Part shown: positions 18,447 to 30,200 of the stretch, piece after piece | Layout of the letters: every line of letters begins with the position of its first letter | Numbering within the stretch: position 1 is the stretch's first letter | Source: a virus | Lineage: Duplodnaviria > Caudoviricetes | IMG/VR virus record: IMGVR_UViG_3300021963_000146 | Span: 1-59,029 of that record | Length of the DNA: 59,029 nt | Strand: one strand, 5' to 3' | The notes under the pieces: generated by a model | What the model saw: only the letters and a program-made list of their open reading frames with translations | Told to the model about the DNA's origin: nothing | Databases searched by the model: none | Program-made: the position numbers and the translations under genes

Positions 18447-21400
18447 TGGGAATAGAAATTGCTATTTTAGGTTATTCAGTTGCTTTAAGCACTATTATAA
18501 CTGTTGCATCTATTGCATATCAAATCTCTCAAGCAAGAAAGATGCGAAAGGCTGCCGCTGCTGCAGCTGAAGCAAGAAAAGGTTTTGAGTTAGTAGTTGA
18601 AGGTGAAGCTGTTCATTTGCCATTAATATATGGTCGGGCTAAAGTTGGTGGTGTTAGGGTTTATCATAACATTGCAAACAATTTCAACTACGTTACTCCT
18701 AACTCTAACAAAGCTATCTTTACAGAGGGCTTTAATGGGAATTTAACTGGTGAGAAAAATGAATATCTTTTCTTCCAACAAGCTCTTTGTCAAGGGCCAA
18801 TCAATGCAGTATATGATGTTGCATTTGAAGAATCTAGATATATAAATGATTCAGATATTGGAAATTCAGTATCAGTAACTTATGATGCTGGTTCTGGTGA
18901 TGAAGCCACTTGGGTTTCTGATATACAGACTAGAACAGATATAAAGTCAGGTGTACGCATTGATTTGCATTATGGTAACACACCTACAGCTGACAATATT
19001 ATGAGTGCTAACTTTAGTGATCGTAAAGACGCTAGATTTACAGTTAAGAAAAATGAAGTTGGTCTTGCATACGCCTCTGTTGTTGTTAAACTTAATAGAG
19101 ACCAACCACAATTTAATGGTGTACCTTTAACTCAATTCTTTATTGAAGGAAGAAAAGTTAAAACAATTGTACGTACAGGTACAGCACCTAACTATAGTTA
19201 TGAATTAAGTTCAACTAGACAGTATTCAAATAATCCAGCATTATGCTTATTAGACTATTTAACAGATAGTGTGTCTGGTAAATCATTGCCTACTACTAAG
19301 CTAGACCTAAAGTCTTTTTATGATGCTGTAACAATTTGTAATACAACAGTACAGTCTAATATTTTAGTTGGTGGTAAAATCTGGCAAAATACAGATGGTT
19401 CTAGAAATATAAATACACGTACATTACCTCTGTATGAATGTAATATTATTGTAGATACAGAAAAACCAGTGCGTGAGAACGTAGAAAGTATTTTATCTAC
19501 AATGGGTGATGCTAGACTTGTTTGGTCTGGTGGTAAATACAAATTAAATCTACAATACCCAAGCTCTAATGAGTCTGTTGTTGTAGCAACTACATTGACA
19601 GATGATGATTTAGTTTTAGATGATGACGTTCAAATTAATTGGCCAAGTTCAAGCGAAAGACTTAACCACTGCACTGTTAGATTCCACAATGAATCTGAAA
19701 ACTTTAAAGAAGATACAGTATCATGGCCACCTAAAACAGCTGGTACCTCATTAAGGGGTATTGGTGGATTTAAGTATCCTGTAAAGGGTAATTTTGAAAC
19801 AGATACTGATGGTGGAAAATTATTAAATAGCTATGCCGTATGGTCTGGTAATTTAAGCTCTACAACATTAAACTATAAGTTTGTTGTAAAAGAGAGTGGT
19901 GTATACACTCTCAGTTATACTGCTGATGATAACGTTGCAGTAACAATTACAAATACAAGTAATAGTTCTATAGTATTAAACACTGGTGTTCAAGGAGATT
20001 TAGGCTCTGTTAAAACAGCTAATATCTCTTTAACTGCAGATACGATTTACGCTATACAATTAATTGGTGGAGATACTGGTGGTGAGAAGGGTGTTGCCGC
20101 TAAATTAGTTAAGGATAACTTTATTGTATGGACTACTAAGAGTGATGCCTATACAGACTTTATAAACACTACTACTACATCTTCTATTTACGATACAATG
20201 AAGTCAGAGGATGGTGGACTAGAATTTGAGACTGATCTATTTGCTGAAGGTGTTACCGATTACTATCATGCATTAGCTAAAGCAGAGGAACTTGTAAGAA
20301 CAAGCCGTACTGCATTTGGTATTACATTTAAATATATTGTAAAGAATAACTTCTTAGAGCCAGGTGATTTTATTAGGCTTAATAGTAAAACATTAAGGCT
20401 TGGTGAAACAACACCCTTGTATTTACGAGTGAATCAAGTTAAAGTCTCAGAAGAATCTACTTGTGAAGTAACTGCTACTCGATTTGATTATACTCAACTT
20501 GCTTGGAATGTTAAAGACGATGAGTATTTAAAGCCAGCCAATATTTATAACTTTACAGTTGATCAACCTAGAAACTTAGTGTTTACACCTGAGTCAGTTA
20601 ATTTGTTAAGCTCAGTTGGTTCATTAAACTGGGATGATAGTACTTCCTCTGAGTTTGCTTCATATATTATTTATATGTACAAGCCAGGAAATGTTCTTCC
20701 AGATGGAACTATTCTTTGGACAGAACTAGGTCGTTCTAGTGAGTCTCAGTTTACACTTCCTGCATTGACTCTTGAGTCAGCAATGTTTGGTGTTCGTACA
20801 TTAACAAAGCAAGGTAAACTCTCAGAGATTACACATACAGGCTTAATTACTTTAACTCCAGCTACAGCAGCTACAGCTTATATCTTGTCATTATCTAACG
20901 ACTCGATTAGCTTAACTTGTGATAAGGATGGAATTCCAGTAGCAGGTCAGTTACCTAAAACTGTAACAATAAAAGTTACTAAAGGTGAAACAGTTTATAA
21001 TACTGGTGTTTTGTATGCAATTACACCTACAGGTTGTACTGCAACACTAAGCGGGACTACTATATCTATAACTGCAATTGCAAGTCAATTCGCAAAAATA
21101 ATTGTTACTGCTACTATTGGTACATTAATATTAACTAAAGAAGTTAGTATCTCTAAATCTACAGCTGGTTTATCTGCTGTTACAGGTTCTCTTACAAATG
21201 AGTCTACTACAGTTGCTGCTGACTCTGCTGGTGTAGTAACTAGCTTTACAGGCACTGGGGGTACATTTAAAGTATTTGATGGTACAACTGATAAAACAGG
21301 TGATGCATTAGTAAATTATTCAGTTAACACTTCCTCAGGAGTAACTATTAGTATTGCCTCTACTGGTGTATATACTATTAGTGCTATGAGTGCTGATACT

Positions 21401-22555
21401 GGTACAGCTACCTTAAGAGCAGTATATAATGGAGTTACAATAGATAAAATTTATTCTATTGCTAAAACTAAAGCAGGTGCTCCTGGAACTGCTGGAAATA
21501 AAACAGTAAGTGTTTACTTATATCAATGGTCTACTACTCAGCCAGGGGCTACTTCTGGTTCAACTACATATGATTGGACTACACTAAGTAATTCATCTTA
21601 TACAGGTGGAAATAATTGGGAAGTTTCTGTCCCTACAAATCCAGGAACACCATTAATTAAACTTTGGGTTGCAAGTAAAACAATTAGTGTTGTCTCTACT
21701 GAAACTAGCACTAATGTATCTTGGACTACTGGAGTTAGTATTTCTACATTTAGTCAGAATGGATCTAATGGAACTCCAGGAACTCCAGGCTTAAACGTAG
21801 CCAGACCTAGCCTTTATCAAGCTGGATTTACTATCCCAACTCCACCAGCAGGTACTTCTACTTATACTTGGGGTGCAGTATACCCTACTCCTAACTTTTC
21901 TTATGGTGGAGCTAATGGGTGGTCTACAAGCCCTCCCGCCTCTAGTACTGGTTTGCTTGGACAAACATTGTGGGTTGCAACTGTAAACTTAAGTGATTCT
22001 GCGTCTAATCCTACTAGTACAATAAATTGGGTTACAGCCTCAATTACTGCAGAAAGTTATTATGGGACTAATGGTCAACCAGGAACACCATCTACAACTC
22101 CTGGACCTTCTGGTGCTAGTGCAAGGGTAGCTTATGCTGTTACTACAACTACACCAAACGGTAACCCTAGTAGTTTAACTGTTGCAGGAGATAATTTACC
22201 TACTACAGTAGGTGGGGTAATACCTTGGTTTAGTGGAGTTACTTGGCTTACTAATCCACCTGCCTTATTAACCGAAGGTCAATTCTTATATCAAGTTGAT
22301 GGTCTTTATGATCCTGCTACAGGTGTTAATTCAACTACATGGAAAGGTATTCCATATTTAAGTTCACTTAAGGTTGGTAATTTAGCCGCTATTACAGCTA
22401 ATACAGGTCAATTAACAGTAACAGATACAATTAAAGTAGGTACAACAATAAGTCAAAATCCAAATGGTACGTATACTAATGGTGTTGTTATTACAACTAA
22501 TGGTATTGAAATTTGGAATGATAGTGTAAGACGAGTTAAATTAGGATTATTATAA
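18446..22555 (+). CDS. Tail tip / central fibre (host-specificity, gpJ-like) protein
   Basis: LPLIYGRAKVGG, NNPALCLLDYL, LEPGDFI and C-terminal RVKLG motifs. The start is probably ATG 18446, overlapping the upstream stop. Confidence 0.8.
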   Translation: MGIEIAILGYSVALSTIITVASIAYQISQARKMRKAAAAAAEARKGFELVVEGEAVHLPLIYGRAKVGGVRVYHNIANNFNYVTPNSNKAIFTEGFNGNLTGEKNEYLFFQQALCQGPINAVYDVAFEESRYINDSDIGNSVSVTYDAGSGDEATWVSDIQTRTDIKSGVRIDLHYGNTPTADNIMSANFSDRKDARFTVKKNEVGLAYASVVVKLNRDQPQFNGVPLTQFFIEGRKVKTIVRTGTAPNYSYELSSTRQYSNNPALCLLDYLTDSVSGKSLPTTKLDLKSFYDAVTICNTTVQSNILVGGKIWQNTDGSRNINTRTLPLYECNIIVDTEKPVRENVESILSTMGDARLVWSGGKYKLNLQYPSSNESVVVATTLTDDDLVLDDDVQINWPSSSERLNHCTVRFHNESENFKEDTVSWPPKTAGTSLRGIGGFKYPVKGNFETDTDGGKLLNSYAVWSGNLSSTTLNYKFVVKESGVYTLSYTADDNVAVTITNTSNSSIVLNTGVQGDLGSVKTANISLTADTIYAIQLIGGDTGGEKGVAAKLVKDNFIVWTTKSDAYTDFINTTTTSSIYDTMKSEDGGLEFETDLFAEGVTDYYHALAKAEELVRTSRTAFGITFKYIVKNNFLEPGDFIRLNSKTLRLGETTPLYLRVNQVKVSEESTCEVTATRFDYTQLAWNVKDDEYLKPANIYNFTVDQPRNLVFTPESVNLLSSVGSLNWDDSTSSEFASYIIYMYKPGNVLPDGTILWTELGRSSESQFTLPALTLESAMFGVRTLTKQGKLSEITHTGLITLTPATAATAYILSLSNDSISLTCDKDGIPVAGQLPKTVTIKVTKGETVYNTGVLYAITPTGCTATLSGTTISITAIASQFAKIIVTATIGTLILTKEVSISKSTAGLSAVTGSLTNESTTVAADSAGVVTSFTGTGGTFKVFDGTTDKTGDALVNYSVNTSSGVTISIASTGVYTISAMSADTGTATLRAVYNGVTIDKIYSIAKTKAGAPGTAGNKTVSVYLYQWSTTQPGATSGSTTYDWTTLSNSSYTGGNNWEVSVPTNPGTPLIKLWVASKTISVVSTETSTNVSWTTGVSISTFSQNGSNGTPGTPGLNVARPSLYQAGFTIPTPPAGTSTYTWGAVYPTPNFSYGGANGWSTSPPASSTGLLGQTLWVATVNLSDSASNPTSTINWVTASITAESYYGTNGQPGTPSTTPGPSGASARVAYAVTTTTPNGNPSSLTVAGDNLPTTVGGVIPWFSGVTWLTNPPALLTEGQFLYQVDGLYDPATGVNSTTWKGIPYLSSLKVGNLAAITANTGQLTVTDTIKVGTTISQNPNGTYTNGVVITTNGIEIWNDSVRRVKLGLL

Positions 22556-22556
22556 A

Positions 22557-22871
22557 ATGAGTTATGGATTAACAACATATAAGGCTGATGGCACTACAGT
22601 AGTTTTGCAACCATCTACAAAGAGTGGAGTTTTTGGACAAGCATACACTATAAGTAAAAGTGGTACGGCAGGACTACAAACAATTGTAGAATTTCCACAG
22701 TATACAGGTAGAAGCATTAGACCAATGCAACTTAGACCTGGTGGGCATGTTTGGTATGTTGGAGTAGTAAACAATATTCCAAGAATAACTTTTACTGAAA
22801 ATAGTGCTATTGGTGTTACTAGTGCAAGTTTTTATTATGATGATACAGTTGTATACATCTTTGTTAAATAA
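22557..22871 (+). CDS. Small tail-tip accessory protein
   Basis: MSYGL.TY..DG N-terminus typical of genes following gpJ-like proteins. Confidence 0.5.
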   Translation: MSYGLTTYKADGTTVVLQPSTKSGVFGQAYTISKSGTAGLQTIVEFPQYTGRSIRPMQLRPGGHVWYVGVVNNIPRITFTENSAIGVTSASFYYDDTVVYIFVK

Positions 22872-22879
22872 GGATAATT

Positions 22880-25800
22880 ATGACTTTTGGGTTACAAATA
22901 ATAAACGATGATTTAGAGTTGTTAATTGATAGTGAATATCTTAATCCTACATTTGTACAAAAATTAGAATTTGATACAACTCCTTATTATACAGAAGCTG
23001 CAAGTGGTTTTATACATCCAGGATATATTAAAAGAGAATATAGAACTATTAATACTATTTCTTTAGGTGTAGCTGGAATGGCTTATATAGTAATGTGGAC
23101 TTTGCCGAATAATGGTGATAATGATATTTACTATAACTTTAATAGTTCTATAGCTTATTTAAATGAAAAACTTACTTGTTTTGTTTATTCAAACTCTACA
23201 GGTAGTCCTTTAACTTACACATTACCTACTGCATATGTTTTTGCAGTAACTCCAGAAGGTATCAATAGTCTAACTTCAACAGGACCAGCATTACGAATGT
23301 ATAATAGTGCTAACCCACAACAAAAGACTTTTGATAGTAACTTAGTACAATTAGCACCTTATAGTATCACTGATACATTTGCATTTTCAATATCTGGTAC
23401 AAATCCAAATAACTATGGAACTACTCCAGTTTCTATTGCTTTAACTATACCTACTACTCCTATATTTATGCTGCCTGATTTCCATGCATTAAGGATAAAT
23501 AAAGGGCCTGTAGGTAGTCTTGCTCACCAAGAGTATTTGTATGAAACTGCATTTAGAAGAGTCAGTAATACACTGTATACAAGATTATATGTTGTAGACT
23601 ACTATAACGAAGATTATGCTTGGCCATTAACACAAACAACTTTTACTAGTGGTAATAATAATCAATTATCCGTTATTGTAGCAGATTCTAATTTGTATGA
23701 AGCTAGCTCTCCTGGTGGAGGAGGTGGAACTAACCCTACTTACACTTTATCTTCAAATTTTAGTTCAAGAGATGAAGGCACTACTGTTGTGGTAACTTTA
23801 AATACTACTTTAGTAGCTGATGGAACAGAATTCTTTTATACTGTTACTGGAATTGCTGCAGCAGATTTAAGTTCAGGAAGTGTAACTGGTAAATTCATAA
23901 TGCTTAATAATACAGCAAGTGCTAGTTTTACTTTTGCAAATGATTTATTAACAGAGGGCACAGAGACATTTATTTTAAGTTTAGATGGATTATCACAATC
24001 AGTAAGTGTAACAGTTAATGATACTAGCAGAGCTGGTACATTTAGTTGGAGTACTCCTGGAAATGTAAATGAAGGATCAACAGGTTTCACTACATTTAAC
24101 GCTACTAATGCTAATGGTAAATTTGTAGTATTTAGTGTAATAGCGCCTAGCACAGGTACAAGTATTTCTGGACCAAGTGATGGTGCATTGTTAACAGGTA
24201 ATTGGACAGTTAGTGGTGATGCTCCAACTTCTATAAATGTACAATATTCAGCAGTAGCAGATAATACTACTGAAGGTCCAGAGGGATTTAGACTGATCGC
24301 TACTGTAGATGGAGTTACATATACAAGTAATGATATTATTGTAAATGATACTAGTAAGACTGTTGGATACTCAATTTCAGCAGCTGATAATTGGGATGAA
24401 TCTGGTACTTATCCTGTAACTATTAGCGCTAATAGCGTAAATGGTACTACACTATATTTGACTACAGATAACGCAATTGTAACACCAAGTTCAAGTACAG
24501 TATTAGTAAATTCAGATACATTTACTACTAATATAAATTATACTGCTGGAATTGTAACTACAAATACAACTGTAAGGCTACATTTACGTACAGGTAGTGC
24601 AGTCGGGACAATACAAGCTTATAAAGATATTGTTGTAAATAACGTTGCATCATCTTATAGTTTTGGAGCTACGTCTGCTTTTAATGAAGGAAGTTCAGGC
24701 TCAGTACAGTTTAACTATAGTTATGCTGCTAATAAATCTGTATCTTTTTCAGTAGTTGCTCCAACTAGTGGTACAAGCGGAGTATCTGATGTTACATTAA
24801 ATACTACTAGCTTTGCTATTGGCGCAACAAATGCTTCTGGTAATGTGAGTGTTACATATTCAGCTGCTGCTGATTTAACCACTGAAGGGCCAGAATATTT
24901 TAGAATTGCAGCAACAGTTGATGGTGTTACATATTATAGTAACAATATAACTATTAATGACACTTCTGTAGCTCCTACTCCAACTTATAGTTTAACAAGA
25001 TCAGTTACAAGTGTAAACGAAGGAGGTAGTTTTAGTATAACTTTTGCTACTAATCAGGCAGGTAGCTTTGGATATACTATTACTGGAGTTAGTTCAGCAG
25101 ATATTAATGGAGCTAGTTTAACTGGAACTATAAGCAATGGTAGTACACTAAACTATTCAGTAACAGCTGATACTACTACTGAAGGGGCAGAAACATTTAA
25201 TATTTCGTTAGATAATGGACAAGCATCTACAAGTGTAACAATTAATGATACTTCAATAACACCTGCACCAACTTATAGTTTAACACGTTCTGCTGCAAGT
25301 GTAAATGAAGGTGGTAGTTTTACTATAAGTTTTTCTACTAATCAAGCAGGTAGTTTTGCCTACACAATTTCAGGAGTTAGTTCTTCGGATATTGGGGGTG
25401 CAAGCTTAACTGGATCGGTTAGTAATGGAAGTGTATTAAGCTATAGTGTAACAGCTGATAGTACTACCGAAGGTACGGAAACTTTTAGCATTTCGTTAAA
25501 CAATGGGCAAGCTTCTACTACTGTAACAATTAATGACACGTCATTAACTCCCCCAAGTTATAGTTTAGGAAATACTTGGAATGGTCAAACCATAGCAAAT
25601 GGTACAATTCTTTTCTTTTATTTACGTTCAACAAATGCCAGTGGTGTACCTGTAACTGTTAGCAAGAGTGGAACAGGAGCTTCTCGTGTTACTATTGATC
25701 CTACTAACTTTACAATTGCTAGTAATGGACAAACAGATACCTATATACAAGTAACTACAAGCAACCCTTCTAGTCCTGTTGCTGAACAGAGTGTAACAAT

Positions 25801-26236
25801 TAGTTTAAGCACAGGTCAATCCTTTTTCTTTTATATACAAGCCGTTACAGCACAGGCACCATTAGTAAGCTCAGTTGTAGATAGCATGAGTAATCCTATT
25901 TACTATAATGGCGAAACTATTACCTATAATATTAATATGGCAGGTCCAATAACTTCAGATACTTATGTTCGTGTTAGTGTATGGCTAAATGTAACTGCAA
26001 GTGGTACGGGTGGATCTGAAGCAGGATATAATATTTTCCAAGGTGGTCAATCTATTAGTGGTGTTTATGGCTTTTTTCCGTTAGGCGCTAATTCAGGCTA
26101 CTATACTACTGTTCCAAATCCTGGATTAAATACAAGAGTGGTAGTTAAAGCTAGAGCACTTACTTCAGGTGGTGCAGATAGGCAATCAGATGTGGTTGGT
26201 ACTGTAAGATTATTAAGTAGTGCAGCACCTCCATAA
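22880..26236 (+). CDS. Virion protein with tandem Calx-beta/Ig-like repeats
   Basis: Repeated (V/F)NEG...AD..TEG.E.F...V.INDTS units; 1118 aa, Ser/Thr-rich. Confidence 0.7.
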   Translation: MTFGLQIINDDLELLIDSEYLNPTFVQKLEFDTTPYYTEAASGFIHPGYIKREYRTINTISLGVAGMAYIVMWTLPNNGDNDIYYNFNSSIAYLNEKLTCFVYSNSTGSPLTYTLPTAYVFAVTPEGINSLTSTGPALRMYNSANPQQKTFDSNLVQLAPYSITDTFAFSISGTNPNNYGTTPVSIALTIPTTPIFMLPDFHALRINKGPVGSLAHQEYLYETAFRRVSNTLYTRLYVVDYYNEDYAWPLTQTTFTSGNNNQLSVIVADSNLYEASSPGGGGGTNPTYTLSSNFSSRDEGTTVVVTLNTTLVADGTEFFYTVTGIAAADLSSGSVTGKFIMLNNTASASFTFANDLLTEGTETFILSLDGLSQSVSVTVNDTSRAGTFSWSTPGNVNEGSTGFTTFNATNANGKFVVFSVIAPSTGTSISGPSDGALLTGNWTVSGDAPTSINVQYSAVADNTTEGPEGFRLIATVDGVTYTSNDIIVNDTSKTVGYSISAADNWDESGTYPVTISANSVNGTTLYLTTDNAIVTPSSSTVLVNSDTFTTNINYTAGIVTTNTTVRLHLRTGSAVGTIQAYKDIVVNNVASSYSFGATSAFNEGSSGSVQFNYSYAANKSVSFSVVAPTSGTSGVSDVTLNTTSFAIGATNASGNVSVTYSAAADLTTEGPEYFRIAATVDGVTYYSNNITINDTSVAPTPTYSLTRSVTSVNEGGSFSITFATNQAGSFGYTITGVSSADINGASLTGTISNGSTLNYSVTADTTTEGAETFNISLDNGQASTSVTINDTSITPAPTYSLTRSAASVNEGGSFTISFSTNQAGSFAYTISGVSSSDIGGASLTGSVSNGSVLSYSVTADSTTEGTETFSISLNNGQASTTVTINDTSLTPPSYSLGNTWNGQTIANGTILFFYLRSTNASGVPVTVSKSGTGASRVTIDPTNFTIASNGQTDTYIQVTTSNPSSPVAEQSVTISLSTGQSFFFYIQAVTAQAPLVSSVVDSMSNPIYYNGETITYNINMAGPITSDTYVRVSVWLNVTASGTGGSEAGYNIFQGGQSISGVYGFFPLGANSGYYTTVPNPGLNTRVVVKARALTSGGADRQSDVVGTVRLLSSAAPP

Positions 26237-26253
26237 TTAATAAAAGTATTACA

Positions 26254-26278
26254 TTTACCAGGGGACGCTAAAGAGAGA
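26254..26278 (+). promoter_or_regulatory. Putative phage RNAP promoter, class B, copy 2
   Basis: Exact 25-nt match to 9959-9983, with continued partial similarity downstream; intergenic. Confidence 0.75.
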
Positions 26279-26306
26279 ACCTCCCAAGCCTCCCTTGGTT
26301 ATTATT

Positions 26307-26765
26307 ATGATAGAAATAGATAAAATAAAAACATCAGAAGAATTAAATGAATGTTTCAAATTATCGATAGATTATTTTTCAGAGTATGAATCTGTTGAAG
26401 TTTCAATAGATGAAGATTTATGTAAGGCTAATTTGTTTTCATTAGCTAGACGAGGAGACTTCTTTAGAGTAGTAAAAGATGACTCTAAAGTAGTAGGTTG
26501 GATTGCAGCTAAGATTATTAGACCTTATTTGCATTCTAGACAGACAGCATTATATCAGCTTTATTATCATTGTAGTTTATCAGGATATAAAGCAGCAAAG
26601 GCTTTAATCTTAGTGCATGAAGCAATGATTGAAGCAGCTAAAGATAAAAGAACAGATCTAGTAATAACGTCAAGTGATTTAGATAATAGTGATTCATTCA
26701 ATAGAATCTTAATAAAACAGGGATGGATAAAAAGGAATAAAAGCCTAATCTATCCAATTAATTAA
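26307..26765 (+). CDS. Putative GNAT-fold acetyltransferase-like protein
   Basis: VVKDDSKVVGWIAA strand, AAKALI...MIEAAK helix and terminal L.KQGW pattern resemble GNAT topology. Start re-called to ATG 26307. Confidence 0.5.
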   Translation: MIEIDKIKTSEELNECFKLSIDYFSEYESVEVSIDEDLCKANLFSLARRGDFFRVVKDDSKVVGWIAAKIIRPYLHSRQTALYQLYYHCSLSGYKAAKALILVHEAMIEAAKDKRTDLVITSSDLDNSDSFNRILIKQGWIKRNKSLIYPIN

Positions 26766-26801
26766 CCTTAGCTCCATCCGAGGATCGAGAGAGGAAACAA
26801 A

Positions 26802-27239
26802 ATGGCACGAAGTAAAATTACGTCTGCATCAAAAGATTTGATATCTGATGATGGTGCAGTATTAGTATCTATCATCAAAGGTGAACAGATACATTTAAAT
26901 TTAACATTAGCTTGGCTAACTAACATTGCAGATTATGAAATCTTTAGCAAAGTAGTCGAAGCAAATAATGATAGTAGTGGATCAATTCCAGAGACAGTAC
27001 GCCCAGGTGGTGTAACTGTTACTATTCCTTTATTGGATACATCAGACACAAACAATCAATTTATTATGGTTATTCCAGAGACATTGATCACTGGTTGGAC
27101 CGTACAGCCTACCCCAAATAAACCTGTATATGGTTTTATTGATCTTGAAATCCGTGATACTGGCGTAGGTAATCGTAAACAAGTGTGGAAACCATTTCGA
27201 GGTTTGGTCGAAGTAAGATACTCTCCAACGGAGGTGTAA
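26802..27239 (+). CDS. Virion structural protein (possible fibre-attachment/baseplate upper domain)
   Basis: GAGG RBS, YGFIDLEIRD...RGLVEV pattern, and position directly before the long fibre gene. Confidence 0.5.
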   Translation: MARSKITSASKDLISDDGAVLVSIIKGEQIHLNLTLAWLTNIADYEIFSKVVEANNDSSGSIPETVRPGGVTVTIPLLDTSDTNNQFIMVIPETLITGWTVQPTPNKPVYGFIDLEIRDTGVGNRKQVWKPFRGLVEVRYSPTEV

Positions 27240-27240
27240 T

Positions 27241-30200
27241 ATGGCAACCCTAGGTTTAACCACCCAAGAGAACATTATTAATGTACAGACAGTAGACTAT
27301 GTTCTTTCACTGTCTCGTACAGGTGGTCAAGGTGCACAAGGTTATAGTGCATACGACATTGCAGTCCAGAATGGCTATACTGGCACTGCTCAACAATTTG
27401 CTACTGAGTTAACAACTTTAACTCTTAAGGTTACTCAAGCTGCTGCTAGTGCAACTCAAGCCGCAAACTCAGCTACTGCCGCAAGTGGATCTGCTACTAA
27501 CTCTTTAAACAGTGCTAATGCTGCTGCTTTAAGTGCCACAACAGCAACTACACAAGCAACTGCCGCATCTCAGAGTGCGGTTAACTCTGCCGCAAGTGCT
27601 GCTCAATCTAGCACCTTTGCTGACAACTCAGAGGACAGTGCTACAGACTCTCAACTTGCCGCTGCTGATGCTGCAGCTAGTGAAGATGCCGCTGCTAGCT
27701 CCGAAGCTAATGCTTTGTTATATAAGAATGCTGCTCAAGCCTCTGCTACAACTGCTAGTAATGCCGCTACATCGGCTACTAACTCAGCAACTTCAGCAAC
27801 CAACTCAGCTACTGCAGCTGCATTAAGCGCTACTGCTTCGGCTAATAGTGCCTCTGATGCTGATTTGTCTGAGGCTAACGCTTTAGCTAGTGCAACAACA
27901 GCAACTCAACAAGCTGTTATTTCAACAACACAAGCTGGCATAGCAACTACAAAAGCCACTGAAGCTTCTGGTTCTGCTACTACTGCTAGCAATGCAGCTA
28001 CAACTGCAACCACTCAAGCTGGTATTGCCACAACTAAAGCAAGTGAAGCATCTACTTCAGCTACTACGGCAACCACTCAAGCTGGTATTGCAACTACTCA
28101 GGCTACTACGGCAACTACTCAAGCGGGTATTGCTACAACACAAGCTACTACGGCAACTACTCAAGCGGGTATTGCTACGACTAAAGCTGCTGAGGCCGCT
28201 ATTAGTGCTGCTAATGCTGCAGCTGCTAAGTCTTCTGTAGACGCTAGTCTTGCTTCTTTTCGTAGAACTTATTTAGGTGAGTTACCTAGTGATCCTACCT
28301 TAGATGGTAACGGTGATCCAGTAATTATTGGTGCTGAATACTTTAATAGTACTGCACAAAAGCTTAAGGTTTATACCTCTACTGGTTGGCAATTCTATGA
28401 TGCAACTGCTCAAACAGCTTCTCAGAATGCTGCATTGAGTGCTTCTCAAGCTGCTGGTAGTGCTGCTACTGCTAATACATATGCAGTTACAGCAATTAAT
28501 AAAGCTGCTGAGGCTGATACATCTGCTCAGAATGCCGCTATAAGTGCTACTAGTGCTTTGGCAAGTAAAAATTCTGCAGCTACTTCAGAATTGAATGCTA
28601 GTACTTCAGCAAACTATGCATTGAACTATAAGAATGCCGCTGAAGCAAGCGCTACATTAGCTTCTTCAAAGGCTTCTGAAGCTGCTACTAGTGCAACTAA
28701 TGCCGCTACCTCAGCAACTACTGCTGGAACAGGTGCAACAACAGCTACGACTCAAGCAGGTATTGCGACAACCCAAGCGGGAATCGCCACTACACAGGCT
28801 GGCATTGCTACAACTAAAGCAGGTGAAGCTGCAACAAGCGCTACTAACGCTTTAGCATCTGAAACTAGTGCATCTACAAGTGCCGCTACTGCAACTACTC
28901 AAGCTACTAATGCTGGTAACAGTGCAACATCAGCTAGCACATCTGCTACTAATGCGGCCACTAGTGCTACTAACGCTTTAGCATCTGAGACAAGTGCTTC
29001 AACAAGCGCTTCAACTGCTACAACTCAAGCTGGTATTGCAACAACTCAAGCAACTAGTGCTAGTGGATCTGCTACAACTGCAACAACACAGGCAGGAATA
29101 GCGACTACTCAAGCTGGAATTGCAACGAATAAAGCAGGTGAGGCATCTACAAGTGCAACTAATGCTGCAACATCTGCAACGACTGCTACTACACAGGCTA
29201 CTAATGCGGCCTCTAGTGCAACAGCCGCAGGTACTTCTGCAACTAACGCTGCAACAAGCGCTACAAATGCTTTGGCTTCTGAGACTGCATCTTCTGCTAA
29301 TGCTGCAACATCTACAACTCAGGCGGGTATTGCAACTACTCAGGCAGGACTTGCTTCAGCCTCTGCAACAACTGCAACTACTCAAGCTGGCATAGCAACA
29401 ACTGCTGCAACTACTGCAACAACACAGGCTGGTTTGGCATCTACAAGTGCTACTAATGCAGCTACATCTGAGACTAATGCAGCCTCAAGTGCCTCTGCAG
29501 CACAAGCCGCTAGAGATCAAGCCCTAGCTGCTTTTGATAATTTTGATGATAAGTATTTAGGTGAGAAAGCTTCTGATCCTTCATTAGACAATGATGGTAA
29601 TGCTCTTGTAACTGGTGCATTGTATTACAATTCCACAATTCCTGGAATGAAAGTTTACAATGGTACTGCATGGGTTGCCGCATATATCTCTGGTGCTGGT
29701 TATGTGCTTGCATCAAACAATCTTTCAGATTTAACTAATGCAGCAACTGCAAGAACAAACTTAGGTTTAGGTACTGCAGCTACTACTGCTAGTACTGCAT
29801 ATGCTACTGCTGCTCAAGGTACTCTTGCAGATAACGCTGTAAGCAACCTTACATCAACAGATGGTAGTGTTAGTATTACAACAACAGGAACTGTTAAGGA
29901 TCTTAGTGTTGGTATTGCAGGTAGTACAGGTGTACTGATTGCACAAGTTCGTAATGAAACTGGAGCACCTCTTACTAAGGGTACTTTGGTTTATGTTAGC
30001 GGTGCATCAAGCAACAAAGCTCTTGTTTCAAAGGCTATAGCAACAGGAGATACTACTTCTGCACAAACATTTGGTATGGTGCGGGAAGATATTCCTCACA
30101 ATCAAAATGGTTATGTAGTTGTTAGCGGATCATTAACTGGTTTAAACACCCTTGCATACCCTAATGGAACTCAACTATATTTGAGTAGTACTGTTGCTGG

